A stretch of DNA of 64,000 nt from Lepisosteus oculatus (Eukaryota). The stretch is taken from positions 31,644,586 to 31,708,585 of the forward strand of contig NC_090710.1 of the NCBI RefSeq assembly GCF_040954835.1. The letters run 5' to 3'. Position numbers and translations under genes: made by a program. The notes below the pieces were generated by a model. That model saw only the letters and a list, made by a program, of their open reading frames with translations. It did not search any database and was not told the DNA's origin. Shown here piece after piece: positions 52,601-63,299 of this stretch; the stretch's first letter is position 1; each line of letters opens with the position of its first letter.

Positions 52601-53180
52601 AGTGCCTTGCAGAAGTATTCATCCCCTTAACCGATTCTCTTATTTTACTGAATTACAAATTCTACACTGAAAGCTTGTTCTCTGTGATATTTTTATTTCA
52701 AAGCACTGAAACGCGAAATTAATGATTTAAAGTTACATTGTTTTAAGTTAGAAAATATTATTGAGAAAAATAAAAACCCGAAATACGCTGCTTGCATAAG
52801 TATTCAATCCCCACATTTAATATTTTGTAGAGCCACCTTTTGCAGCAATAACAGCTTTAAGTCTTTGGAAGTAAGTTTGCACCAGCTTTGCACACTGTTA
52901 AGGAGGGATTCTGGCCCATTCTTCCAGGCAGATGTGCTCCAGGTGGTTCAGGTTAGTCGGGTGAGGCTTGTGCACCGCAGTTCTCAAACAGTGCCACAGA
53001 TTCTCAAATGGGTAGAGATCAGGGCTTTAACTGGGCCACTGTAGGATATTCACCTTTTTGTTCTTGAGCCACTCCAGGGTTACCTTGGCCTTGTGTCTGG
53101 GATCATTGTCCTGCTGAAAGATTCTCCCAAGCTTCAGCTTTTTTTACCAGACTGAAACAGGTTCTCTTGCAGTATTTCTC
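52601..53180 (-). mobile_element. Tc1-like 3' terminus with terminal repeat TACAGTGCCTTGCAGAAGTATTCATCCCC (52601-52630), filling most of PSPC1 intron 2
   Basis: The reverse complement of 52780-52930 encodes ...EWAKIPPQQCAKLVQTYFQRLKAVIAAKGGSTKY*, which looks like a Tc1 transposase C-terminus, followed by the terminal repeat. Confidence 0.65.
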
Positions 53181-53404
53181 TATATTTTGCACCATCCTTT
53201 CTTAAGAAGTTATTTTTCTTAAGAACATTTTCTAACAAAACAATGCCACATTAAAATAATTTAAATTTTCAGTGCTAAGAAATATAAATATCACAGAGAA
53301 CTAAGTTTCAATGCAGGATTGGTAATTCAGTAAAAGGAGAGAACTGGTCAAGGTTCTGAATACCTTTCAGAGGGTCTAACAGCCAATGGCAGGGGTGCAC
53401 TTAC

Positions 53405-53706
53405 GTGGTCAGTAAGAACGCTCCCTCTGCACACCGGTCCAGGGCTTTTCGTGCGGCGGGTTTTGCAGCGAACTCCACGAAACCCTTGCCAGTGGGTCGG
53501 CCGCGGTCATCCACGACTACAATGGCTCTCTCCACGGGACCAAACTGCGCAAAGGCCTGTTCCAGCAGCTCGTTGGACACCACGGGAGAGAGGTTCCGGA
53601 CGGTCAGAGCAGCGCCGTGGGTGGCGAAGCGAATGCGTAGGGGTCTGTTCCTCAAGATCATTCCATCTAGCTCAGCTTTCGCAATCTCGGCCAGAGTCCT
53701 GGTTTC
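53405..53706 (-). CDS. PSPC1: PSPC1 exon 2 (linker plus RRM2)
   Basis: Minus-strand acceptor ttttAG|GAAACC (ag at 53708-53707), donor AC|gtaagt (gt at 53404-53403). Encodes [101 protein letters not shown]. Covers ORF 53401..53661(-). Confidence 0.9.
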
Positions 53707-54844
53707 CTAAAAACACAACAAACAAAAAATGACTTCCAGTAACACCATTACTATCCCGCACCTCTACAAGCCAGAAGACAAACGTCCCAAACGTTTTAAC
53801 ACCTTTAACGCAGTTGACAGAGCAGTACGGTCAGTTCCTTATCAACTTAAAAAGATTACTTTTTATTCTCTCTTAAGTAGAAAATATTCATTAAGAGGTC
53901 TCCAGTCTTCAGGCATAGGACTTAGGCCCCAGAATACTTTCTTTGACTTCACAGCAGTGTTTGAAAACCTTTTTAGAACACTACTACCTGTGATGAGAGC
54001 TGTGAGTGGACTAATGAAGAGGCAGACTGTGGCTTGAAGAGCCGACACATTGATGTAAAAAGCTGCAGCTAGTTAACGGCAAATACCACTGCATAAAGAA
54101 AACAGTCAAAATCAAATACTTATTTCACTTAACATCCAAAAAGGCACTACACAAAAGAACTGAATGCAGAATATCCCTTGATCCTGCAGTAAAGCTCGTC
54201 AGCTGGTATCTGATCCAAATCCTGACGTCAAAGAAAAACTTAACATTTGGACGTGAAAAAAAATCAAGTATAATTAAAAAAAAAACTCAAAACTATATAC
54301 AATAAATCACAGCGAATAACTGAACTTGGGTTCCTATTGACATTTTAAATACCTGCCTCTAAAACATCGATCTATAGTTGGATTTCACCTCTTTAAAAAA
54401 AAAACAATGAAACTTTCAACCTCCTTCATTACTAGCAGAATCTCGATCGATAGGCAGACATCCCTGTACTTTAAAAACGTCAATCCAATGTCAAGATCTG
54501 CACGAATGCTACACCAACCACCGGCTGCTGCCTAAGCTCTACTAAGCGAAAAGACCTCTTTTGCCAAGTACAAGAGTGTTCTAAACACTAGCTGAAAATT
54601 AAAAGACGCGTCCAGAGCTCTGAACGGAGCACAGGGTCGGCAAAACACCACTTTTCACTCCGCACAATGTCAGTCACCAACTGAAATCCCCATACCAGGC
54701 CCACCCCTGCTTTCCCACATTACAGTTTCTTCCAAAAAATTCCAGTTTTCACACGTCCTTTACAAGAGAGACATCAGTCGGTACCAGAACTTTAGAGAAG
54801 CATCAGGAATCATCTTAACATCCCATCTATTCCGACGGAGCAGA

Positions 54845-54958
54845 GGCTCTGAGGCTCAGGATCTGTGCCTGAGGCTGGAAGGTTGCCGGTTCGTATCCCG
54901 CGGCCGGTAGAGGAATCCTAATCCGTTGGGCCCTTGGGCAAGGCCCTTAACCCCAGCG
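54845..54958 (+). mobile_element. SINE family B head (tRNA-like part with A-box and B-box GGTTCGTATCC), forward copy of an inverted pair
   Basis: ggctctgaggctcaggatctgtgcctgaggctggaaggttgccggttcgtatcccgcggccggtagaggaatcctaatccgttgggcccttgggcaaggcccttaaccccagc. Confidence 0.65.
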
Positions 54959-55145
54959 ACACACAGGCAGGGAGAGAAGCTGGGGGTCAGAGCACAGGGT
55001 CAGCCATTTATACAGCACCCCTGGAGCAGCTGGGGTTAAGGGCCTTGCTCAGGAGCCCAACAGAGTAGGATTCCTCTGCTGGCCGTGGGATACGAACCGG
55101 CAACCTTCCAGCCCCAGGCGCAGATCCTGAGCCACAGAGACACCG
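54959..55145 (-). mobile_element. SINE family B full-length copy in reverse orientation, directly abutting the forward copy (head-to-head)
   Basis: Its reverse complement aligns along the whole length with the forward copy and with the copy at 20835-21006. Confidence 0.65.
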
Positions 55146-55564
55146 CACATGTGTCCAATGCGTAACTAAAATCTTCCTAGGAAGCCAACTGCTGGCATGT
55201 TCCAATACATAATCAATATTACACAGAAGCCTAAACCACCACACGTTCCAATTTAGTCCACAAAAGGCGTTAGCTTTACACCTGCGTATAAACAAAGGGG
55301 GCAAAAAAAAAGGACACTCTAGGGTTAAAGGAGGCACAGCAGATATAAAGAAGCAAGTGCTTCCTCACGGGTGTTGTTTAAGATCTAACACAGTAAGAGG
55401 AGACCCCTGTGACCGGGGTGTGTCTGCCAGGAGAGTCGGTGACTCAGACGGCTCAATGCTGATGGTTCCACCAGCGACAGGACGCAAGGTCGGGTCAGCA
55501 AGGAACTCGGACGGACCGGCAAAGGGCAGCAGATGGAAGCACATACACAGACTGCAATACCTGC

Positions 55565-55640
55565 ACGCAAGTCCAGGGGCCCAATGGATTAGGATTCCTC
55601 TACCGGCCGCGGGATACGAACCGGCAACCTTCCAGGGACA
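55565..55640 (-). mobile_element. SINE family B partial copy (head only)
   Basis: ggattaggattcctctaccggccgcgggatacgaaccggcaaccttccagg. Confidence 0.55.
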
Positions 55641-55769
55641 AAATGGGCAGGCCACCGCAGATCGACCGACTCCGACCTCCAACCTGGGGCACGGGCAGTC
55701 AGGTGCATCAGAGGCCGGCGAGCCGAGAGCTCCAGAAAGGGATACCCGATACCTGAACTACACGCTAGG

Positions 55770-56500
55770 CTAGGCACGTGAGCCAGCCCAGTGGCACAGC
55801 AAGCACAGACAATGGACTACTGAGCCGTGAAGAAAAGCGAGATGGCCAGATGAATTCTCCTTTACCATACAAAAACGGACACCTCTGAATATGATTTCAA
55901 AAGCCGAGGGGGCTGGTGGCTCCGTGATGCTGTGGGGCTCTGTTCCTGGCATTGTCTGGGTGCACCCATTCCTATAGAAGGCAAGCTCTGCCGACTGTGA
56001 CAGAAGGGTACCGAGTGACCATCTTCACCCCATGTGGCTCCATGTCCTTCCTGCCAGCAGGGGTGTCTTCAGGAGTGACAGCGTCTCCTTTCACGGAGTG
56101 CGTGGTCGGGTGAGCAGGACTCTGCTGTCATGGCCTCCTCAGTCTCCGGAGCTGATCCCAGTCAAGCATGTATGGGACACTATGGAACGATGCCCGTGAC
56201 AGCGTTTTCACACTCCGTCAACCAGACCTAGGCTGACGGACTTTCTCGTGGCAAAACGGTGCTGCAGCACTCCTGCAGACTTCCAGACACTGGAAGACTC
56301 TATATTACAGTGCATAGAGACCACAGTGGTCTTCTAAACCACAGAGACCACAGTGGTCCTGCCTACTGAATGACGTCAGTGTTCACATTTCTTGTCAGCC
56401 ATCCGTATGTTCAATGATGGCTAAATAAGCTCACAAATGAAGATGTTCAATTTCGTTTTAGCAGTGTGGCACAAAGCCTTACCTGAAAGCTTACTCCTTG
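55770..56500 (+). mobile_element. Tc1/mariner transposase remnant in PSPC1 intron 1, plus orientation
   Basis: Encodes ..SREEKRDGQ..KPRGLVAP-GSVMLWG...SWPPQSPELIPVKHVWDTMER.. with frameshifts. Shares a near-identical inverted segment with 13950-14178. Confidence 0.6.
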
Positions 56501-59500
56501 CAAACATCACACTGCAAAGCCTTACTACTCATTTTCCTACGCGGATCTTATCTAGACTGCAAATAGAGCTGTCAATTTCCTGGTAAATGAAGGTCTGAAA
56601 CGTATAACAAGACATTACTAACGGAACTCTTCACCTTGGGTGATCCACTGGTTCTGTCTGTGCTGGTGAGCTGACTATACATCTTAATTTAATATTTCTG
56701 CAAAGCAAGGTCACAATTCCTAGGACATTACGCTTTTATTGATGCTTCTGCTGAAGCTGATGTCTTAAATCAGGTGCACGTCATTTCCATAAAGCAATAT
56801 TAAGCACCAAACAGCCTTCTGTGATGCAGATCATGGACATTAGAAAACTGCCTTTTCACAATCTGAACAAACACCCCATCCAAGAAGCAATTCGATGAAT
56901 ATCATTCATCACGCCAGCAAAGAAATGGACAAACAATATAAGAGGACAAAAAACAACCCCCCTTCTGGCCTGTTCTCAGCCAATTTCAAAGGCTGTGCAG
57001 GGCTGAACCTGGACATTACTGGATTCATCAACCTCCACACAGAAGCAAGCAGTTACTACAAAGACAAGTGGACCAGTAAGTGACAGTCTTCTATCTGACA
57101 CCTGACCCATTTCCCTGCCAACACCAGTGACCCAATACAGGGATCAGGGGACACTGTGCCAGAACAGGCGCCAGACTTCAATTTTCGAACAAGGGTTTTA
57201 GCCGCATTGTCTCAGTTAAATCCTACTTGAGGCTTTCACAGTCTGGCCTGTCTAAGGCTCCCCCTTTGTTCAACTTGAGAATCAAGTACCGCTGTATGCT
57301 GTACTGTTCGTGCACTGATAAATAAACCCTGACTGATTGATATAGGCACTCAGGAATCCTCCACGAGCAGAACACTGCATAAATGCTATTCATTGTGACG
57401 ACAAAAACAAAAAGAGGCACCCTGAATCGCACAAAGTACAAACGCCTACTAATTCATTTTAGACTAATCTCGTTTTGTGAATACAAAACACGTTGCGTCT
57501 TTCACATTGCGTGTGTACACAATCATCCCCTTCGGCTGAAATGAGGCGCTTTCTTAGTCTGGTAAAAGGCGGATCAGTGGATAAGTTCCTATGACTGATG
57601 GTCTAAAAACCCACATCACATGCTTACTCTTCTTTGGTTCTGTGTGCAAAACATGACAGTGAATGAACTCGCAGATCCTACTGAAAGTGTTACTAGACCA
57701 GCACAGAAGTGGCCAGAAGGGACTAATTGAAGGTCGATCATTTCAAAACACTGCAGGGCTACTCTTCTCCAGTGCACTATTTCCACAGATTTACATACTC
57801 TGGATTAGCGTATTTAAAGCTAAGTGAAATACTAGTCATGCAAAGTAAAGACTACTGAACCAGCATTACTCTTTGACCATTTTCAACGTGTTAAACTACA
57901 ATGTCAACAACATTCACACTCTTAACCCGGCAAGACCTCACTCAGGTCTGTAAACCACCGACTCCTCCACTAGTAAGGAATATTTTTCAATCAACGAGAC
58001 TCCAGAGCATGCAAACTGGTCTGTACTGGCAGCGGGTGTAATATCAAACACACAAAAAAGACGACAGCAGTTCGGATTTAACTCGCATGCACGCTGATAA
58101 AAGAGGTGGCTCGTTTTTCATTCCCTTCATAGTACAGAGGCACGTCTGGACTTCATAAATAACAAAACCGCCAGCTGTCGCCCACGCCGGCTGGGGGCGG
58201 GAGGTCACCCAGGGACGAGCAGATCAGCGCTGCGCCGGAGAAAACGAGACCCGGCACAGTTCACGCGTGGGGGCGCCGCCGCGACCGAAACACTGGCATG
58301 TCGTCACGACAGCGCCACACCTGACACTGTCCGGTTTCTCAGAAAGCAGCGACGTTTTACGCACCCAGAGACTTACACAAACAAGAACAACCCCTGCGCG
58401 TATACACATCACACTCGACATAAAACACGCAGGAGACATCAACCCACACACAAACACACCACACCACCCCGAGAGGAATCCACAGAGGTTACCAGCACAT
58501 GGCTTGACTTCCTTTCAATTGCGCTAACCCCTTCCTTTTGCACATAACCGCTAGCTGCCCCTGCCCACACGCCCCTGCCGTGGGCACTCTCACGGGACGG
58601 GCTGCACCACAGCCAGCCCTCGCGGTGGCGGGGCAGAATCACGCCGACGTGTTTTTGTTTTACGTGAGAAATCATGGCTGTGGGGGTTTTTTTTTCCCCT
58701 CCCGTCAGTGGCAATGGTCCCTCTACAGGCGCACACGGGAAGGAAACTGAACTGCGCACAAAAAAAAATACCCCCCCCCCCTCCAAAATGATGATGCTGA
58801 TAATAATAATAAAACAAACTCGGTCGTCAACTGAAAACTGCTAAATGAGACGGGCTGCTAAACTGCTAACTGCTGAATTAGAGGCCCACCGCGGCCGTGT
58901 GCGTGTCGATCGCTACTCGGTCACCGTGAGCTTTGCTCTCTGACTGGGCTCGTCTGAGTCGCTCTGTCCCGGTCTTTTGCATCTCTCTGCTTCTATGGGG
59001 ACGCCTATAGTTCACACAAAAATAATTTCAGGTGTGCAATTTCACATACGCGCCATTCAGGGCGCACAATCTTTTTTTTTTCCACGGAGGGGGGACAATA
59101 TTTGCACAACTCGGATTTGCGCACACGGGTTACATGACACAACCCCGAGCGCACACCGCTCCCTGGACCCCGGGACACGGCGCCTGACACCGGCCCTGCG
59201 CCTCCGAATCGGACCCACACAAGCCCTCTGCTACTTCATGTGCGGGAAACACACCGAAGGCATAAAAAAAACTCGCCACAAACCCACAACCCACGACCCA
59301 CGGACACGCAGACCCCCCCACCGCCATGGCGCCCCGCTGCTCTTCCTGAAGTTCAAACCTGCGCCAACATCTAACTTGATGATCTGGCGCATCGCATCGC
59401 TCCTGCGGGGGGGGGAGAGTCCGGTACTCCTGATTTTACAGGTAAATAACCCCCCCCTCAGCACGTCCGTGTGCTTTCCGCGGCCGTGAAACCCGAGGGT

Positions 59501-59880
59501 GGCCCGGCCCTGCCCGGGTTTATTTTAAGATCGGCTGTGACCGGGTGAATGACAGCCCGACCCCCGGCCGCCCGAACACGGCACCGACGCTAGTTTGAGC
59601 AAAAAAACGCACAAGCAAGCAAGATCTGACACACCCGACATGAAATGCAATGCATTTATTTTTATTTTTTTAAAAGAACCCCACCCCCTCCACGCAACCG
59701 CGGTCAGGAGAGCCTGAGGAATGAAGTGAATAAAAAGGGGGGATGTGGCGCCATTCAGCACTCAATTTATTTGCCCCCACCCGTTATCTGCCCCGGTCGT
59801 GGCTCACAAAGACACCCCTGCACACCGCCGGCTCGGGAGTCTGCACGAAAGAGAGTCCCAGTGCGTGTCGAATCACTCAC

Positions 59881-60210
59881 CAGCCGGATGAAGCCGAAGC
59901 CCCGGTCGCGGTTGATGAACACCTCGTTGGCGTCGCCATATTTCGCGAACAGCTTTTTAAAATCCTCCTCGGTGAGGTCGGTGGGCAGGTTGCCCACGAA
60001 GAGCCGGCAGCGCTGCGTGAACGTCTTCTCGCCGGGCTTCCTGAAGTTGCGCAGGTCGAGCGTCATCTCCAGCGGGTCCCCGGCGCCGAGCTCGGCCGCC
60101 GCCGCCGCGCCCTGCTCCGCCGGCGGCTCGGCGTCGCGCTTCGGGCCCCGGGCGCCGGGCGACGCCGAGCTGTTCTGGATCTTCACCTGCTTCAGGTTGC
60201 GGTTGGCCAT
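59881..60210 (-). CDS. PSPC1: PSPC1 exon 1 coding part (start codon, N-terminus and RRM1, 110 codons)
   Basis: ATG is the reverse complement of plus CAT at 60208-60210, in a G-rich context. Donor is CTG|gtgagt (gt at 59880-59879). The exon ends in phase 0 after ...GFGFIRL. Confidence 0.88.
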
Positions 60211-60500
60211 CTTCCCACCACCACCCCCCCCGGACGCGTCGTGTCGTGTCGTGGCGTGAAAGGAACAACAACAACGACGACGACGACGAAAACCCGGTCG
60301 CCGATCCTTCCTGTGCGGAGAGCGCTGTTCCCACAAAGGCTCAATGAATGGACGCGAAGCGACGCTCTCGGCTCTTCTGGAAAGATCCGCGGGTTTCCAA
60401 GATGGCGGCCCAGGCTCCCCTCTCGCTGCGGCAGCTGTGACGTCACCGCGCCCCGGCGCTAGCACAGAATGCCTCCTGCCTGCCCGCCCGGGCTCCGGAT
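60211..60500 (-). promoter_or_regulatory. PSPC1: PSPC1 5'UTR and CpG-island core promoter. YY1 motif AAGATGGCGGC at 60399-60409 and CRE TGACGTCA at 60438-60445
   Basis: The block immediately upstream of the ATG is dense in CpG and GC-rich. The plus-strand motifs are ccAAGATGGCGGCc and gTGACGTCAc. There is no TATA box. This is a typical housekeeping-type promoter. Confidence 0.55.
60265..60290. repeat. Trinucleotide microsatellite (CAA)4(CGA)4-5 on the plus strand, equivalent to (GTT)n(GTC)n in the PSPC1 5'UTR
   Basis: acaacaacaacgacgacgacgacg, preceded by a (GTCGT)-like run gtcgtgtcgtgtcgtggcgtg. Confidence 0.8.
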
Positions 60501-62399
60501 TATTACCCTATTATTAATAATAATAGTATTATTATCATGAGTGTTATTCATGCACGGGCTCTTGCCTCGGCTTCTGCGGGACACTCCCCGCATTTACCAA
60601 CAGGCCTGGTGACATCGGCCGCTGCATCCACCTCAGGCGTAGTGAAAATGTATTTAAAACCGGGTATTTGTGTTTTACACGTCACTAGATGTGTGTATAA
60701 ATGGGGGGAGGGAAGCGGGTACTAGGACTTGTTTACCGATAACGCGTTTGTGAAGGATCGGACTGCAGGCGTGCAGCAGCGCCGCCTGGCGCCAAACGCT
60801 GGAGACTGCGCTGTAGTGGCAAATAATCTAATAATGAAGGGATAACATTTATTTTGCGGGGGGGGGGTGGGGAGGCCTGCAAATAAATGCCCTGTCGCAT
60901 TTTCCGGCGGCTGTTCTTCACGCACGTTGTCTTCCTGTACTCCCAACGTGTGTGTCAGCGTCTGTTAGTAAGTACTCTTGGTCATTTTACGCACACCTGT
61001 GTAACAGATGGGGCTTATAAGATACTACGCGTGTTCTTTATCTTCAGCTGGGTGTATATGCGTATGGTTTTGTTCTGCTGGCAGAGGTGCCTTCTCCATA
61101 AATGTGATCGCAAAGTTGGTGATGTTTGTCTTATGCAACTTTCCTATGACGAGTTGGTAAAAACGGGAAAAACAAAACGACAAGACGAGCACGTAGGGTG
61201 GACGGAGACATTCTGTCCCTGTTGCTGCCTCTGGCTCCTAGTCCACGATTGCCCGGCTGATCTCTTCCGGTGGTTTCCTGAAGGAAGCCGGAGTTTGTGT
61301 TCCAGCTTCCAACGGGCTTAAAGCCAATAGAAATCGTGCTTCTCGTTAACAATGTTAAATGCACTAATTCCCACTAACGCCTTCCAGTTCGTATTTTACT
61401 GTGTCTAGGGTGTGGTGTGGACTTTGTCAATGTTTTTGATGAGTTTGAACACTTGAACCCATGTCTATGCCCAGGACTGGAAAGGTTCCGTTCTCAGCCT
61501 GTTAGTGCCCAGGGGGGGTTATCTAAAACTGGTCTGGAAGTACAAAGCTTGAAATGGGTGTTTACCGAAGACGGAATTAAAATCACTTTAAACATCTTCA
61601 TCGATGTTATGTTAGTCAGCCCTCATTTACTTTTTAAAATGTATCTTGTCATTGTTGTTTCGCTCTTGCCGGCTATGCGTGTCTGTCCTATTCAAGACGA
61701 ACACGTTTTTAATCGTTTACTTCATTGCAAAAGCAACCTCCATCTGTCCGACGAAATGGGACGTTCTCTCTGCAGTGAATGAAGGACTGTCGTTTTACAG
61801 ATTTCCGAAAAATCGATCCGGCTCCAAAACTGACCATGCAAGAAAACATTTTAACGGGCGTCCCTTAAAAGCGAGTCAGTGCTGTCGTTTTATCGGGGTT
61901 TTGAGATGTACCTCTTGTCGGCAGAACATACGTACTGTTCCTTCACGCCTTGAAAATGAGCTGTACACCGCCCCCCACTGGAAAGAAGCGGTAGCGCACG
62001 GTGTCTCTTCTTCCCGCTGACAAAAACAGAAGCGGAATCGCTTTATTTGCCAGGTACGTTACATGTACAAGGAATTTGATCTGAGGTCTTGGTGCAAAAA
62101 CGTAGAAACGATCAGTAATGCACGTACACACAGCGCATCCCGTGTTCTGGTTAAGCAGGGTGATGACCATGGGGAAGAAGCTGTAGAGGCGCCGGGCAGG
62201 TTTGGGTTTTGATCCAGATTAACGCTTTAATTTGACTAAATATAACCCCCATCTGCAACATTATAATACCCTTACATTATCGCTTTTTATACTTTCGTCT
62301 GTCACTGTTTGTTTCTGGGCCTGAACTGTTCTCCCCCGCTGTCTTATTATGAGAGCATCAGCAAACGTTTAGCTATCCAAAGGTTTTGAACATGTGAGT

Positions 62400-62700
62400 A
62401 TCTGGGGGACCGAGGGTTAAGGCGGTGACCCTGGGTCACGTTGCCCAGTCTGCTCCGCTAGGAGCATGCGCAGTGGGCTGGGCGGGGGCCCGTGGGCCCA
62501 AGCTCCCGGGTGGCGGGCGCACACAGCGACCCCTGCGGCCTCCCGCGCGCCTGCGCCTCTTCTCCAATCAGCGCCCAGCGCCCGGGTCGAAGGGGCGTGC
62601 CCTCACCCGCACGCGTAGGCAGACACGTGACTGAGAGGCGGACCAGGCCGGAGGGGCGTGGCCGCACTTCCTCGCTGCTCCCTTGTTAGAAATTAAAAGA
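62400..62700. promoter_or_regulatory. CpG island with CCAAT box (62564-62568), E-box CACGTG (62624-62629), GC boxes and an NRF1-like GCATGCGCA motif
   Basis: High CpG density with ggggcgtg repeated (62594 and 62656). Most likely the promoter of an unannotated transcript. Confidence 0.4.
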
Positions 62701-63299
62701 AAAACATCTTTTGAAATAAACTAGCGTAGTGAGATGCGGAGACCTATATCGAATAAAACGCATTAATGTCAGAAAAAGAAAATGCGGAAGCCCACAGCCC
62801 TATATGGAAGCAGTGCACGGACTGATGACGAAACCTGGGATTAATTTTTTATTTAAACACCAGAAATACAAAAAAAGGAGAGTGACTATTAAAATAGATA
62901 CAGAAATAGACACTTCACAGCCAGAGGAATTCACAATTGCAAAAAGTAAAACATTATACTTTCTACATATTTCCATTGTATGCCTTTTGATTCTTTAAAT
63001 TTCTCATAGAATTTAAATAAAAAAGGGAATTCAACTTTAAAAGCATGAACAGGGGGAGCAGTATTAGACCATTTACATTTATGGATAAAGTATTGAGACA
63101 AAATAATTAAGATTTAATCATAAAAACATATCAGATCTAACAAAATATAAAATATCAGAATCTTTCACTTTAACCTTTCACTGAATGTTGAACAGTAACA
63201 TTTTGCGAATCTATCCAAGACAGTTTTGTATATGTGCAGCAAACAAACAAAAGTAACAAAGATTCCTTCTCATTATTACAAAATACACACAAGTCGTCT

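Larger units (their letters stand above)
31741..60460 (-). other. PSPC1: Gene span: complete PSPC1 (paraspeckle component 1, DBHS family). 9 coding exons, predicted 509 aa
   Basis: Minus-strand exons encode [12 protein letters not shown]...[51 protein letters not shown] (RRM1), then [101 protein letters not shown] (RRM2), then [24 protein letters not shown]...[149 protein letters not shown]...[16 protein letters not shown]...[23 protein letters not shown]. This matches my recollection of human PSPC1 better than NONO or SFPQ, especially in the RRM2 and coiled-coil segments. All introns have GT-AG sites with consistent phases. The coding total is 1530 nt. Confidence 0.9.

Noticed and set aside
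53405-53732. Plus ORFs 53405..53710 and 53451..53732
   Set aside because: Antisense to the PSPC1 RRM2 exon.
59645-60465. Plus ORFs 59645..60259 and 59743..60462, and the minus 59767..60465 ORF extending 5' of the ATG
   Set aside because: Antisense or off-frame over PSPC1 exon 1 and the CpG island. The minus ORF's upstream extension begins at a GTG, not an ATG, and its translation beyond the splice donor at 59881 runs into intron. The annotated start is the ATG at 60210.
60887-61321. 144-aa plus-strand ORF upstream of PSPC1
   Set aside because: No recognisable domain, Cys/Phe/Leu-rich, and it lies in AT-variable non-coding DNA. Treated as a chance ORF.
61646-62020. ORF with ...SFYRFPKN... 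that superficially recalls a THAP zinc-finger
   Set aside because: It lacks the paired N-terminal cysteines (C-x2-4-C) and the CSxHF and AVPTIF signatures. It is most likely non-coding promoter-proximal sequence.
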